Below, one piece after another: positions 47,191 to 60,380 of a stretch of 64,000 nt of DNA; position 1 is the first letter of the stretch; the number at the start of each line of letters is the position of its first letter. Both the position numbers and the translations under genes were made by a program. The notes under the pieces are model-generated. The model was not told the DNA's origin. It did no database searches and saw only the letters and a program-made list of their open reading frames with translations. This stretch comes from Camelus dromedarius (lineage: Eukaryota). The DNA is taken from positions 120,716,001-120,780,000 of the forward strand of contig NC_087436.1 in the NCBI RefSeq assembly GCF_036321535.1, written 5' to 3'.

Positions 47191-49689
47191 TCCAAACAAA
47201 GAGGACTTGGGGCCAGGATCCCCCCAGGAACCAACCCCTGAGCCCAGCGGAGGGTGCTCAGCCACCCTGGGCCCCCCAGGTGTGTGAGGTGGGGGCAGAG
47301 CACCTATAACCTGGCATAAGGAGAAATAAAGGGGCAGGGACCCCAGAGACCCAGAAATGCCAACTGCCAGGCCCTGAAGTGTGCAGATCCATGCTTGGGG
47401 TGCTGGGAGGGCCCGACTGCTCCGTGCACTCAGCTAGGGAGTCTCCCCTCCACCCCCTCCTCACCCTGGACCCCGCGTCCTCCCGATGCCCCAGCCTCTC
47501 CCACGCTCCCCATCTCACCCTTCTGCCCTCTCCGGAGTCTAGGGATGATGCCCACTGCTCTGGAAGGGTGATCACGCAGGCTTGCTGGGGAAGAGGAGTC
47601 GGCCAGGATGCAGGACGTCCGCGCTGACATGCAGACAGTCTCAGGGAAATCGGGATGACTGGCCACCCTCCCGTCGCCCACAGGTTCCCGAGGGGGCTGA
47701 CTGGTGTAGTCAGCGAGGAAAGGGGCACAGAAGACAGCCGCCTCCCAGCCCCCCGCACCTGGCCTCAAGCCTGGCACAGGCAGGTGTGCGAGGCCCGGGG
47801 CGTGGTTTATGCACCTGCGGGGACAGGACGCACAGGGAGGGAGGGCGAGCTGCACTACGCACCGCAGTGCGGAAGCTCCGCCCGGACGCAGCGCAGAGCA
47901 CAGAGCTCTGGCTGGGCGATGCCGCATTTGCAAAGCACAGGACAGACGGAAGTGCTCCGCGGGGCTACCTCTGGGGGGCCTGGCCGGCTCTGGAGGCCTC
48001 TGGTTGCTGCCGCTTCGGTCCTGACCCCATGCCGACCCCTCTGGTGTGCTCAGTCCGCAAGATGTCCCCGCCACACACACGGGGTCTCACACCCCTCCAC
48101 GAGCATCTTGCTGGCACTCATGGCGGCCGGGCACTGGCTCTTCTGCCCTTGCTGGCGGCCCACGTGGCAGACCTTTACTTAGTGCCTCCGTGGGTCTGGA
48201 ACGGAAAACCCATTTCAGGGTGTGTCCTTTAATGCTCGCAGAGCCCCCCGAGGGCTAAGTGCTCTCAACTCATTTCACAGATGAGAAAGAAAACTAAAGC
48301 CAAAGAAGTTAAGTCCACGTCCTAAAGTCACACTGGGCCCCGAGATGAGCCCTCACCCCCGCGCTCCTGACATAACAGCAGCCCACCCTCCCTCTCTGCG
48401 GCATTTTCCTGACTCGGGAAAAAAGGAGGGGGTCCTGGTGGATGCCTCCCTCCCCAGGAACCCTAAGCTCCCAGCCCAGACCCCAGGCCCCAGGGGAGCC
48501 CTCTCCCCTGCTGGAGGCGCTGCCGGCACGCAGGCTCCAAACACCCGGACGAGACCGTCCATCGACGTGAAATCACCGCATCAGCAGGCCGGCTGCGGCC
48601 TCGCATTATCGCCAAGTGAACGGCTCCGTTTAGAGAAGTCGTTTGGGGCGCTGTCCCAGACAATGACTCCTGTCAAAAGATTTACGGAAGCTCATGGGCC
48701 ATGCAGCGGGAGGCCCCCGGGCCTGCCTCAGAGTTTATCAGCTCATGCAGAAAACAAAGATTGCAGCGTGGACCATTTTGCCGCTGAAATTCATGCCTTT
48801 TGACCCCAAATGGAGAGATAATCCCAGGGCTTGTTTCCACTTGAGCTTGGAGATGTCGTAAACAGCTGTCTCGGAAGCGGACCCCACTGGCCGTGGGCGG
48901 AAAGCGACCATCCACCGCACCGCGGAACCGAACGTGCTTCTCCAGCTCATCCTACCCCCTCTGTTGGGTAGCAGCCCCCGGGAGAGCCCTGTTGTAAAAG
49001 TGGGTGCTTGGTGGAGCTCTGGCTGGAGGAATACACTTCCTCCATTCCAGCAGTGAAGACTGTGAACCTGGTCATGATTTGTTTTCTTCTTGGCTTCCAG
49101 GAAGCACCATGGCCGTGGGTTTAGGCGGCAGAGGTTTGGCAGGACGGCTTCCAGGACGGGGGAGTGGAGAGCCCGCAGCAATAGTTAATACTATTTACCG
49201 CAAAGAGCCCTAGAAGGGAGGCTTCTGCGGGCGGGGCTCCGGCCGGCCCGCTCGCCCCACGCGAGACGTCCTGGCGCGTCGCAGGAGCTCCACGAACACG
49301 GCGGGGACGCGCGGGGGGTGAGCGGGCCGCTGGCAGGCTGACGCGGTGGCCAGCAGGTCCTGCACGCAGGCGTGTGTGCCGGCCTCCACCGCCTCAGGGC
49401 CCCCTCCTGCCTGTGAGCCCAGCCAGCACCTCTCTCATAGTGACAACCTCAGGGGACCGTGCATGAGGCCCTCATCCGCCCCGGCAACAGGCACCGGCTC
49501 AGGAAAGCAGCTTCCTTTGCTTTCAGCTCATTCCAAGATGAAGTCTTGTTTAAGCTGCACAGACAGGTAACAGACCCCAAAGAAGTGTACTTCTTACAAT
49601 TACACATGAGGATGCCAGGGATAACAGCCAACAGACACAGAGCGCCCCCGGCACCACCCCACGTCCCTTACGCGGAGTAACCTGTATGA

Positions 49690-49800
49690 TGCTCACACCC
49701 TCACAAGGTAAGAATTACCACCATCTCCATTTTACAGATGAGGAAACTGAGGTACGGCAGTGTTAAAACATGTCTGCAAGTTCTGGAACCTTCTCACATC
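49690..49800 (-). mobile_element. MIR SINE
   Basis: 'catctccattttacagatgaggaaactgagg'. Confidence 0.75.
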
Positions 49801-50454
49801 GAGAGGCAGGGTCATGGACCACCACACATCTGGTGCTTGTGACTCACTGTAGCCGATGAGGTGGAAGTGAGGTTAGGAGAGAAAAGGTGATGTGCCCCCC
49901 CCCCCACTCACCAGAACACTCGCCCTAAGAGCCCTGAGGTGGGCGGAAGTTGGTCCATTTCCCAGGGCGGCCATGTTGTAAGGAGGCCCAACCAGGCGGA
50001 GAGGCCAGGCCAGGGCACTCCGGTCAGCAGTCCTAGTCTTCGTGGCCCAGACACCGACCATGGAAGCAGTGAAGCTCGGGCCATCGCGCCCTCCAGCCAC
50101 TGGGTCATGAGGAGCCTCACGGCCTCCCAGCAGGCACCCCAGACTTTTGGAACAGGGACAGGCGGTGGGCACTGGCTGTTTCCGAAAGGACTGATGGTTC
50201 ACACCCCCAAGTCCGGTGGTCTGCTGTACGGGCAACAGACAAAGGTCAGCCGCCTCAGCAAAGCCGAGCGTTTGCTCTGGTCCTGGGCCGTCGACGGAAG
50301 CTGACGGGGCCTTGAGGAGACCGCCAGTGAGATCTTGAGAAAGAGTCAGACGGCTGTGATGGGGCTGGAGAAACGGGGAGCCCACTGTGGAGTGGCCCAA
50401 AGGACGGCAAGTGTCACCAGCAGCAAGAGGTAGAGCAGGAAACACACCTACTGA

Positions 50455-50675
50455 GCTTAGCGACCACAGGCGGCCTCTGTGAGGGCCAGACAGCGAAGAT
50501 CCAAGGTGCTGAGGGCCGGCGGCCTCTGGAGCAGCTCCCCAAGTCTGCTCGCAGCTGAAAAGCTTCCACTGACAACACGTGAATAATTGGGCTTGGCTGA
50601 GAGCCAGGAAAACCTTGTTCACAAAAGCAGGCGGCAGCTGGGTCTGGCCCGTGGACCGTAGTTGGCTGACCTTGG
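50455..50675 (+). mobile_element. MER58A-type MITE, diverged
   Basis: 'cacaaaagcaggcggcagctgggtctggcccgtggaccgtagttggctgaccttgg' 3' end. Confidence 0.6.
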
Positions 50676-50909
50676 TCTGGCTGATTCCCGGGGAAACACC
50701 GCAAGCGCCTCCTTCCTTCTCCTCACGCTGGCGGTGGCGCGCAGGCGGAGGGGCCGAGGGAGAGAGCAAACCGTGGGATTTTAAAGAAAATTTTAGAGAA
50801 AATTTAAAGGTGCCAGGAAACCGAAGTGTTCAGAAGTAAAAGTGTTTCTCCTTCCCAGCCTGCTCTGATTCTAAAATATCTTCAGTTTTTAAAATTCAAT
50901 CTTGTCTCA

Positions 50910-51072
50910 GGGTAGGGTGTAGGGAGGTGGGTACAGCTCATGGTAGCGCGTGCTTAGCATGCATGAGGTTTGGGGTTTAATCCCCAGCACTTCCATTTAG
51001 AGAGAGAGAGAGGGGAGGAAGGAAGGAAGGAAGAGAAAAAGGAAGAAAGGAAAGAAGGAAGGAAGGAGGAAA
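50910..51072 (+). mobile_element. tRNA-Ala-derived SINE with (AG)n/(GGAA)n tail
   Basis: 'gggtacagctcatggtagcgcgtgcttagcatgcatgaggtttggggtttaatccccagcacttcca'; flanking repeat ttgtctca (50902-50909, 51073-51080). Confidence 0.85.
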
Positions 51073-54000
51073 TTGTCTCAAAACTAAAAACCGATTAAAT
51101 CTGTAGCAGGGCTGCAAGCTCCCTTGCAAGTGCTCAGAGAAATCTAAGGGGGAGCCTCACAGGCAAGCTCCACAAAGAAGCTTGAAGGTGTCTCCTGGGT
51201 CGCCCCCCTCAGAAAGCAGGTTTTAGGAGCCTCAGGCACCTCTGAGGAGCACCGACACGGAGAAGAGCTTCCCCTAAAAAGCGTGTGGCCGTGTCTCACC
51301 CGGCGGCTTGAGGGCCAGCAAGGCGCACAGGAAGCCGCCAAGGCTTAAGAGGCCCGCCCTGCTGGGGGCGCTGGCAGCCCCCGGCGGCCGCAGGCCCGGG
51401 TCTGGCCCACCGGCTTTAACTTCGCTCCGGCCGGTGTCCAGCACAGGGCGGGCTCTTTAGGGACTGGGGTTGAATGTGCGAAAGGAGAGCTCCGGGGTCG
51501 GCCAGGCCTCCGTCCCACCCCTGCTGTGTCCAGCATTGTCCGTGAGCCCCGCACAGGTGACTTTCCCTCTGTCCTGTCTGACTCTGTGCAGGATGGGGTG
51601 ATGGGGCCTGCCTTTCTGGGGTCCAGCTGGCGATTGCTGAGCACACAGACTGCAGCTGCTCCTGAGGGCTCTGCCTCCATCTCCATCCTGGCTGTCAGCT
51701 GTGACCTTGGCCATCACTCACCTGTCACATCACCTGTGACCACCCCCTGCACAGTGGCAGAGAAGGCCCCCCCCACCCCGCTGCCTCAGTCCCAGGAGCA
51801 GAGACTAAAACTCTGCCTTACCCCGCTCTCCCAAGCCCTCCTCACATCAGCCCTTCCCCTCATCACCCCCACCTCATGAAAAGGGAACTCAGCCTCTGAA
51901 AGGTGAAGCAGCCATGCACACAGCAGGCAGAAGAGTCTGGATTTGCACCTGGGTCCATGTGGTTGTGTCGCTCTGCCTGAACAGGGTTTGGGGTCCCTCT
52001 TGAGGACCCAAATCTGCCCCATTGGTGGTGGTACCATCTACGATGATGCAGGGCAGTGGGGGAGGGAAGGGTCAGCTCCCCACGCACAGGAGAGCTGTGC
52101 AGGTGCAGGGACCATGTCCTGCACGTTGAGCCCTGGTGCCCAGCATGGGATCCGGCACACAGTAGGTGCACAGATTGCTGAAGAGGACGGAATTGGTCCC
52201 ACAGTGTGAGTCGACTCCCTCGTTACATGAGCAGAATGCACTGACCTCAGGGGTGTCTGCCCAGGGTCACTGGGTGATGACTGCTTGTGGGGCTGGCTGC
52301 CAGCTGACAGGCGACCCAATGGGTGAGGAAGGAGGGCCTGCCATGTGCAGCACACTGTGCAGGGAGGAGCCGGGCTGGCCATCACTGCAGCGCCCCACGC
52401 CTGCCCCAAACCTTCCGTGTGGGCAGCCAGGAGCTGGTGGCTCGCTGGGTGGCTCTGCACTGGGTGCGGGGCGTGGGTGTGGCCTGGGGGCCTGAAGGAT
52501 GCCACGGCGCATGTCTGGGCCTGGCCTGCCCTGAGACACGCACCATCGCCCTCCGTAGGTGCAGACTTGGGCTCCCGTCCTCAGAGGAGCTCTTGCAGGG
52601 AGCACGGCCCTTGGCAGGGGGGGTTAGGGCGGCCGGGAGGGAGCAGCACGTGGACGGCCCAGAGAGTGGCTCCCGGAACTGCTGACAGCCAGGACCCGCC
52701 GGAACCTGGGGCAGGGACAGTTTCTTGGGCTCACCCTGGATCTCTGGGGAGAGCAGCTAGTCCTCAGCTGGCGACTAACCTGGCCAAGTGACCCCTCTGA
52801 CCCCGTTTAATCCAGAGCTGATGAGCCTGGCAGGGGCTTTTCAGCCGGGCCTTAAAGACCAAGGGGGTTCCAGGCAGGTGAGCAGAAGGGAGGCATGTGT
52901 CGAGACAGAAAAGCCTGGACAAGGCCTGGCCATGGGGACGCTCGGCCTTGCTCAGAGCGGCCCAGCTCAGGGGTCAGTGGGGCCAGGACACTGGAAGACC
53001 GGGAAGCCGCCTCCCTTCCGGGAGACGCTGCTCAGCCAGGCCGGCTTTGAGGCCCAGCTCAGGCCCGTGCAGACCCGTGAGTGCGTGCCAGCCCCTCGTG
53101 GGTCTGAGCCTCTGTGTCCTCATCAGCAACACAGAGGCCCCCCCGAATATCTCCTCTCTTACAGCAGCCCCTCGGCCCTGCATGGGCAGGGCTTAGGAGC
53201 AGCCCAGGCTCGGGTGGAAGGAGCTAAGGAAGAGGACTAAATGCACTGTGACTTTCTGTTAACGTCTTCAATGTCCGCGTCACTAGCGTCTACTGGCCCC
53301 GCCGTGTGCAGGCGGGGCTGAAGCATTTGAACTTACACGCGTGGGATAAAGGTGAGCTGGGGGGCGGCGAGGAGCGGGTAGGGAAGGGCAAGGAGAAGGG
53401 GAGGGTTTCGGCTGAGCCTGTGAAGGCTGATTTCTTGAAAGACCAAAAATACGTGAAGCAAAACCAGCATCATCAGTGACAATAATCCAGCGGGGCCTCG
53501 GCGAGGACTCAGAAGACGTGTGTCGCTCAGGCAAGGGGCTGGAGGGCGCGTGCCCAGGAAGTGGTTCCCCACCGGCTCCTCCTCCAGCTGCTGGGCCCGC
53601 ACGGACCTCAGGGCTGAGTCTGGGCAAGGTGCTTCCCCTCCCAGGTGTCCCCTGGGGCCTGTGGACACATCCAGGGATGGAGGATTCCCATGGCGACACA
53701 GCCCGGAGAGCACCTGGCACGTGCAGTAATTCTTACATACTGGCCACTTCCGTGCCCAGCAGAGGGGCCTAGTGAGGACGGGACGGGGACGGGGGACGGA
53801 GACAGACGGGCATGAAGGTAGGGTGGGGTGCAGTCACCTCGTCTCCAGAGGGGAATCCCGGGGGCTGAGCTGCCTCGGGCCTCGCAGAGCTTCAGTGTCC
53901 AGAGACGTGGGGCTGCGCGGGAGGGGAGGGTCCCCCACCGAGATGTGCTGGCCGTGCCTCGGGGCTGTGGTGGAAGAGGCCCCCTGGGAGCCAGCGGGGT

Positions 54001-54569
54001 GAGGGGCTTAGAGATGAAGCTGCTCCCTCGGACCCTCAAACAGGTCCCCGGCGGCCCTGCCTGGCTCCCGAGGACGCCATCTGTGCTCCCCTCTCCTCGG
54101 CCTGGCTGCGCCTGGGGTCTTGGCAGGATCTCTCGAGAGCGGCTGAGGTCACGACCCCTGCCCTGTCCAGATGGGCCTGGGCCGACCCCGTCCGCGCCAG
54201 GAGAGGACAATGGCCCCTGTTGTTGGCCGGCCGCCCTCGGCCACATTCTCCAGGGACCTAGTGACCCTGAACAGGGGCTGTGAAGAGGTCCCTGCTGACT
54301 CGGCGAGATGTCCACTCACTAATGAAGGGCCGTTGGAAAGGGCATTGACCTTGGTCAGCAGGCAGGAGCCCTCCATCCGGGGGACCACCGCAAGGAGAGG
54401 GAGGAAGGGGATGGTCCCTTTACCTGCCCCCGTCCAGAGTGCTCGCCCAGCAACCACAGAGACCACTGGCCGGGCGGCAGCCTGCGAGGCAGAGCCATGA
54501 CAGGGAGGGAGCCTCGGAGACCCAGGTGATGAGGGAAAAGGTGGCGACCACACAGTCGTGGGATCACAG

Positions 54570-55350
54570 CCAGGACCAAGGGTAGCCCCAGGTGCTCTGG
54601 GAGGGCAGAGTGGCCCTCACCCAACCTAGAGATCAAGGAAGGCTGCCTGGTGGAGGTGACTTGGAGCCAGGTTGCCAAGAATGGGTAGTATTGGCCAGGT
54701 ATCACAGAAGGAGAAGGGAATTCCACATAGGAAGCAGTGTAGACAATGACTTGGGGGCAAAAAAAGAGATGACAATTAGTTTGTCATGACGGCAGAACTG
54801 GCCGCGTGGGGCTGAGAAGCTGGACATGAGGGAGACAGTGAGGAGGGGACGAGCTGGAGAGGGATGGTCCCGTGTGTTAGAAACACCCGTTCTGGGCTGA
54901 AGCAGGGAGAAGGGGTGGGGGGCCAGGAAGCCTGCGAGGGGAGGAGGGACGGTTCTAGAGAGGGACAGTGGCGGGGCAGGGTGGGGCAGGACAGACACTG
55001 GAGCCAGGAAGGAGGCAAAGCTGTGGGCCTGGGGACTGTCCAGATAGAGAGGGGCTCAAGGACTCAGGGTCCTGCGGGATGCCAGAGCAAAGCAAGACCA
55101 GCCTTGCAGAATTGTGGGGGAGACCATTCCAACTTGAGCAAAAACCCGGGAAGCGTTCAGGAAGGCACAAAATGTGGGGGAGGGACAGCAGCCTGTCATT
55201 TCCCAGACTGTAGGAAGTGGGAGGACCAAGACGGGAAGGTGGACTGAGCCCCCCAAGGTCACGTGGACCAGAGCAGGCACTCCAGGTGGGGCCCCAATTT
55301 CTCAAAGGGAGGGAGTCCAGAGGGGCCACTTGGCAGGACAGAGGGTCTGG
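54570..55350 (-). mobile_element. L2 LINE fragments
   Basis: 'gatcaaggaaggctgcctggtggaggtgacttggagccagg...gggaattccacataggaagcagtg' typical antisense L2 purine-rich motifs. Confidence 0.55.
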
Positions 55351-56978
55351 AGTTTACAAAGGTGAGAATATACCACAGGCGACAAATCTCTAACTCCTGC
55401 CCACATCAGGGCCAGGACCCAACGCTCAAGCTTGGGCAAAGCCCCAATGCCGTCCCACGCTGTTCCACATAATTACACACTGTTCCGTCCAGCTACTTTT
55501 GAGGTGGCCCCCACAGGCACAGGCAGAAGGAGTTATACTCCTCAGTCACCTGGCACGTAGTTGCTGTGTGACCTCAGACACACTGCTTTCCCTCTCTGAG
55601 CTTCAGTCCCTCTCCTGTCAAATGTGGTAACTAACCTCTGCCCTCCTTCCCTCCCAGGGCTGTTTGGAAACATACGCAAAGGCACAAAGTGCCTTGTGCT
55701 GCCCAGGGGTGGGCGCAGGCAGGCATGGCCTCTAGGGTGACGTTTTCTTCTGAAGGGAGTTTAAATGCTCTTTCAAACACAGGTAAGACACTTACAAAAC
55801 TTGACAACCTCCCGGTCAAAAAAATGCACCTCAACAAATCTCAAAGAGTAAGTTTCATATAGACTGTGTTCTTTGACCGCAATGCAATTAATTTAGCAAT
55901 CAACAACACAAGCCATTTAAATGTATGTACACGTAAATTTGGAAACTTCAGACATACTCCTAAAAAATGTATGTTACAGAGGAAATTATAATAGAAACTA
56001 TGAATTAGTGCTGAATGAAAACAAAAGCTTGACATAGAAGTTTTCTGGGATGCACCTAAATTAATTTTTAAATTGATCACAAATGCATATTTGTAAACTA
56101 TGCATTTATTGCAAAACAAGAAAATCAGAAAATGAATATGTTACATTTTAAACTCAAGGAAATAACAGGAGAATGGCAGTAACTCTAAAGAACACAGAAG
56201 GAAAGAAGTAAAGCTGAGAACAAATTGATTAAAAGAAAATGAAGAAACATAGAAAAGTTCAACAAAAGCAAAACACTGTTTTCTGAGAAAGTAAGATAGG
56301 AATCTTCCCAGCGAGACCAAATAGGAAAAAAAAATGCTGTAAAGAAATAACATTGGAACAAGGAGGAAACATAGCAGATACAGGACAGATTTAGAAATTG
56401 TTAGATACTGCAATCAACTGTGTACCAATACATTTTATACGTAAGTATAGTGGTCAGTTTTCCTGAAGATAAATTAATTGCCAAAATTAATTCAAGATGA
56501 AATAGAAGACATGAACAAACCAATAATCAATGCAGAAACTGAACTGACTGACAAAAATGTGCACCTCCACACAACAAATAAAAGCTACCCAGCTCAAACA
56601 GCGTTACAGTGAGATCCATCAAACAGTCAGGGAACAGACGCTCCCTGGCATGTGCATCTGGCTTTGTTGAATGGGGGGTGGGGGGCGGGAAATGGGAAAA
56701 CAATTCGTTTTCTGAGAGTAGTATAACCTAATGCCTGAAGCTAAATGACAATTCATAAAAAGCATGTTACACCAATTTCAATTACAAACATAGATGCAAA
56801 AAAAAAATTCTTTAGGGGAAGACTTGCAAATCAAATCTAGCAGTGTATTAAAATAACTACAGCTCGTTTTAGTTTATCCCACAAATGTAAGGAGAGTTCT
56901 TAACTCAAAAATTTAATAATAAACAATGGCACATCAAGAGATGAAAGGAGGAGGAATGATAAAACCCAATTTGGTGAT

Positions 56979-57080
56979 GGGGAGGAATAGCTCAGTGGTA
57001 GAGTGCATGCTTAGCAGGCACGAGGTCCTGGGTTCAATCCCCAACACTTCCAATAAAAAAAAAGAGAAAAGAAAAAAGAA
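56979..57080 (+). mobile_element. tRNA-Ala-derived SINE, short form
   Basis: 'ggggaggaatagctcagtggtagagtgcatgcttagcaggcacgaggtcctgggttcaatccccaacacttcca' plus A tail; 18-bp degenerate TSD (56961-56978 / 57081-57098). Confidence 0.9.
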
Positions 57081-57197
57081 AAAAGCTAATTTGGTCATCT
57101 TAATAGATACCAACAAGCATTCAATAGAATTTGTTCACTAATTTTTTCATTTTCAAAATTCATAACAAATTATTAATAGAATGATTTATTTGGATAA

Positions 57198-57637
57198 ATT
57201 TAGACAAGGTACAGGCTAAGCTGAGAAACAAAGGGACCTAACCAGCAGTAGGACAAGATGGGGTCTGCTTCTGTGACATGGAACAATGCTGGTCAGGCAG
57301 GTGGCTCTGCTCCGGAGCTCACCCAGGCACACAGGCTCCTCCTACCTCCTATGTGCTGTTCACATGCCCCAGGATGTGGTCCCCACCCACCTGGTCAAAG
57401 CAGGCTCACCAGCACCACCATCACTTCCACATAAAGGCAAAGCGACATGGAATTTGTATACATCACTTCTCCCCATACCTGCTGATGAGGACTTAGTCAT
57501 TTGGCCACACAGAGACTGGAAAATATAGTTTCCATCCGATATTCATGTGCACTGCTAAAACCCAAAATAGTTCTATTACTAGAAGGAAAAAATGAGAGAT
57601 AATGGGTAACCAGGGACAATCAGTGGGCTCTGCCACA
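57198..57637 (-). mobile_element. MaLR MLT1J-type LTR inside L1
   Basis: 'ggacttagtcatttggccacac...ctggaaaatatagttt...tctattactagaagg...ctctgccaca' terminus. Confidence 0.7.
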
Positions 57638-59799
57638 CCTAATAAAAACTGTCTATCCAAAACAGAGTAAATGTCACACACAGTCATTTTCCATACATTT
57701 TCCAAGAATCCTTATTAAAGTCAAGATCAAGGCAAGGATGCTCTCATCATCACTTACGTTCAACATTGTACTGGTGGATCTAGACAATGCAATAGGACAA
57801 GAGAAAAATCAAAGAGGCAAACATTGGAAAATACTGTGGTTGTTCACATAGAAAATCCAAGATACTCTATGAACAAACTGGTACAAATAGCACAAATAAT
57901 TATACAGGCATAACTACTAATCAACAAGTTTGCTGGATACAAAAACTATAGAATTCCCAGATGCCACTAATAATCAATAAAAAAACCACTAGAGAAAAAA
58001 ATCCCAATCTTGAGCACTGAAAACTATAATCTTTAGAACTATGCAAGCTGTTTACTCGGAAAAGTTACAAAATACAGCAAATACATGGATATGAAGACTC
58101 GGGTCATAAAGATGTCAATACTCCCTAACTTAGCCCATAGAGTCAATGAAATTTGAATAAAAAATTCTAACAGATTTTTTTTTTCCATGAGCTTTGGAAA
58201 AGACAATGGAAGAGAAATGGATCAAGATCATTTTATTTTTAATTTTAGAAAATAAAAACATAGAAAGGATTGCTTTAAGATTATGGCAATTAGGAAAGTG
58301 TAGGAATGGGTCAAGACAGAGAAAACAACCTGGAAATCTCAGAAATAACACATCTATGGGAATTTGACTTTTGACAGGGACAGGAACACAAATCATCAGG
58401 GGAAATGGACCATCCAGTGCAGGTTCTGACTGGGACCGATTAGGGGCTTTCCATATGGACAATTGAATCCCTATCTCACACCATATACAAAAATCAATTT
58501 CCAACGGATTAAAGCCATCAAGGTGAAAAGAACTATAAACCTTTTAGAAGAAAATATAAAATGATACCTTAATGACCCCAGAGCAGGGCGGAATTTTTAA
58601 ATATAGCACACACAAAAAAAATACAAACCATAAAGGAAAATATTGACGACTCAGAGTAGTTAGAGCTCACCCTCCCTCTCGAAGCCTTGCTGCGAGTGAC
58701 GCGCCGTCACTTCCCCTGTATCCCACTGGCCCCAGGTAGTCTCAGACCTTCCAGCTACCAGGTGGGAAGTTTGACTCCACCTGCAGAGGGAGGAGCTACG
58801 AAGTCATGCGACGACACTGTAGCGAGATACAGAAGAGCGTGGGGAACTTGGAATATTTTGCCACTTCCATGCTTAGGCTCGGTGGTCAGGGAAGGCTGCT
58901 GAGAGCGCCAGTACCTGAGCCAGGCGATGGAGAGAGGGAGGAGGGGCTGAGTGAAAGGCGGGGAAAGGAGGACACAGGGCGGCACATGCACACATCCTAC
59001 AGTTCAGAGAGCCAGAACCAGGAGGGGAGTGTGGACACCCCAACATAAGTAGAAGGAAATTCATCACAAAAACACTCATCTTTTTGACGCAATTATTTTG
59101 GATTTATTCCCCACCTCTTTCCAAAGTGACTGAACGCAAAACAAGACTGTATGCTCAGTGAAATAGAACAATTAAGACAAAACCAGAAACATTGAAATGT
59201 GTGTGTAGGTTCCAGGAGGGCAGGTGTGGGCCCCCGCCTGGGCACCTGGTGCCAGACAAGAGAACAGAGAGGGGGGATCCGGAAGCATGAGGCTGGACCG
59301 AGAAAGAGCACCAGTGGGCCCTGGGTTGGAAATCCGAGCTTGGAAGCCCAGGTCAAAAGGAAACTCCAAGGAGCCACCTTTCACACGGGTCTGCAGAGCT
59401 GGCTTACCCGAGAGCTCTGAGGACGGAGGCGTTCATTAATCATTCCTTTCAGCAGCGTCGCTGGGCATGGGGCACAGCTGGCCCTCCCTCTGCAGTGCCC
59501 TCTCTGGACTGATGAGGGACCCTGGGGTGCATGGTCTTTGGCTGCAAATGTCCAAAGGGCATTCCTTTCAGAAGCAGCCAAGGCGTGATGCACTGGGGGG
59601 TGGGGCATGAGCAGTGTGCACCCTCACCCTTGTAAGACTGTGCAAGGTTCTTGGAGGCCACTCTGGGGAATGGAGCATCTTTGACGGTCCCTGTGATTTG
59701 GTCCTGTAGCTTCCACACTGAATCCATCTGGTCACCCATACGAAGAACACAGAAGCCACCTTTGCTGCCCGCCCACCAGGCATCGAGTCCTCTGAACCT

Positions 59800-60380
59800 C
59801 CTGTCCCCCACCTTGCACACCCTCTCCCCCAGGCTCATGAGCTACCTGCCGTGACCACCAGCCCAGTCCCCTGGAACCCTGAGGACCTCCTCAGTGCTCA
59901 CCTGTCCCAGCCTTGCCCCTAGTCATGCCTCCACCTGCTGTCAGGGAGCTTCTCAGCCACACAAAAACCTGCCTGGGTCTCTGCTGCCTGCTGGACAAAG
60001 TCCCCTTCCTGAACCAGGGACCCAAGGCCTAGGGAGACAGCCCCAGACACACCTCTGACCACATCCCCTGCCCCAAGAGTCTCCGTGAGGGCCATGCCAG
60101 CTTGGCATTCTTGTTTCTCTATTCCCACTGCTCTCAGGACCTTGCCCATCTAGCAAATTCCCATTCACCTTTAAGAATCTCAGAAGTGACGCCGCCTCCG
60201 GGAAGCCTTTGTGGGGGTGCTCATTAGAGTTGATTTCCCAACTTTGTGCTGCAACTGGCAATGATGGATTCCCCCCTGGTTGACAATGAATGGCTTCCCT
60301 GGGCCCAGGTGCTCTCCAGGGGCAGGATGGAGGTCCACTTGGTTTCCACAGCCCGGTGTCTAGTGTGGGAATGGGCGAGA
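59800..60380 (+). mobile_element. L2 LINE fragments
   Basis: Pyrimidine-rich L2-like motifs, e.g. 'cccattcacctttaagaatctcagaagtgacgccgcctccgggaagcctt...cacagcccggtgtctagt'. Confidence 0.5.

Larger units (their letters stand above)
55770..58650 (+). mobile_element. Old L1 ORF2 remnant with nested SINE and MaLR
   Basis: 'gttctttgaccgcaatgcaattaatttag', 'tacaaacatagatgcaaaa', 'aggcaaggatgctctcatcatcacttacgttcaacattgtactgg', 'ccctatctcacaccatatacaaaaatcaat'. Confidence 0.85.

Noticed and set aside
48505..51380. Further CTCF-like words (cctgctggaggcgctg ~48507, cctgctgggggcgctg ~51358)
   Set aside because: Two to three mismatches at core positions; likely by chance at this GC content
56979..57053. 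Functional tRNA-Ala(AGC) gene
   Set aside because: Mismatched anticodon and acceptor stems, A-rich tail and TSD; one of six related SINE copies
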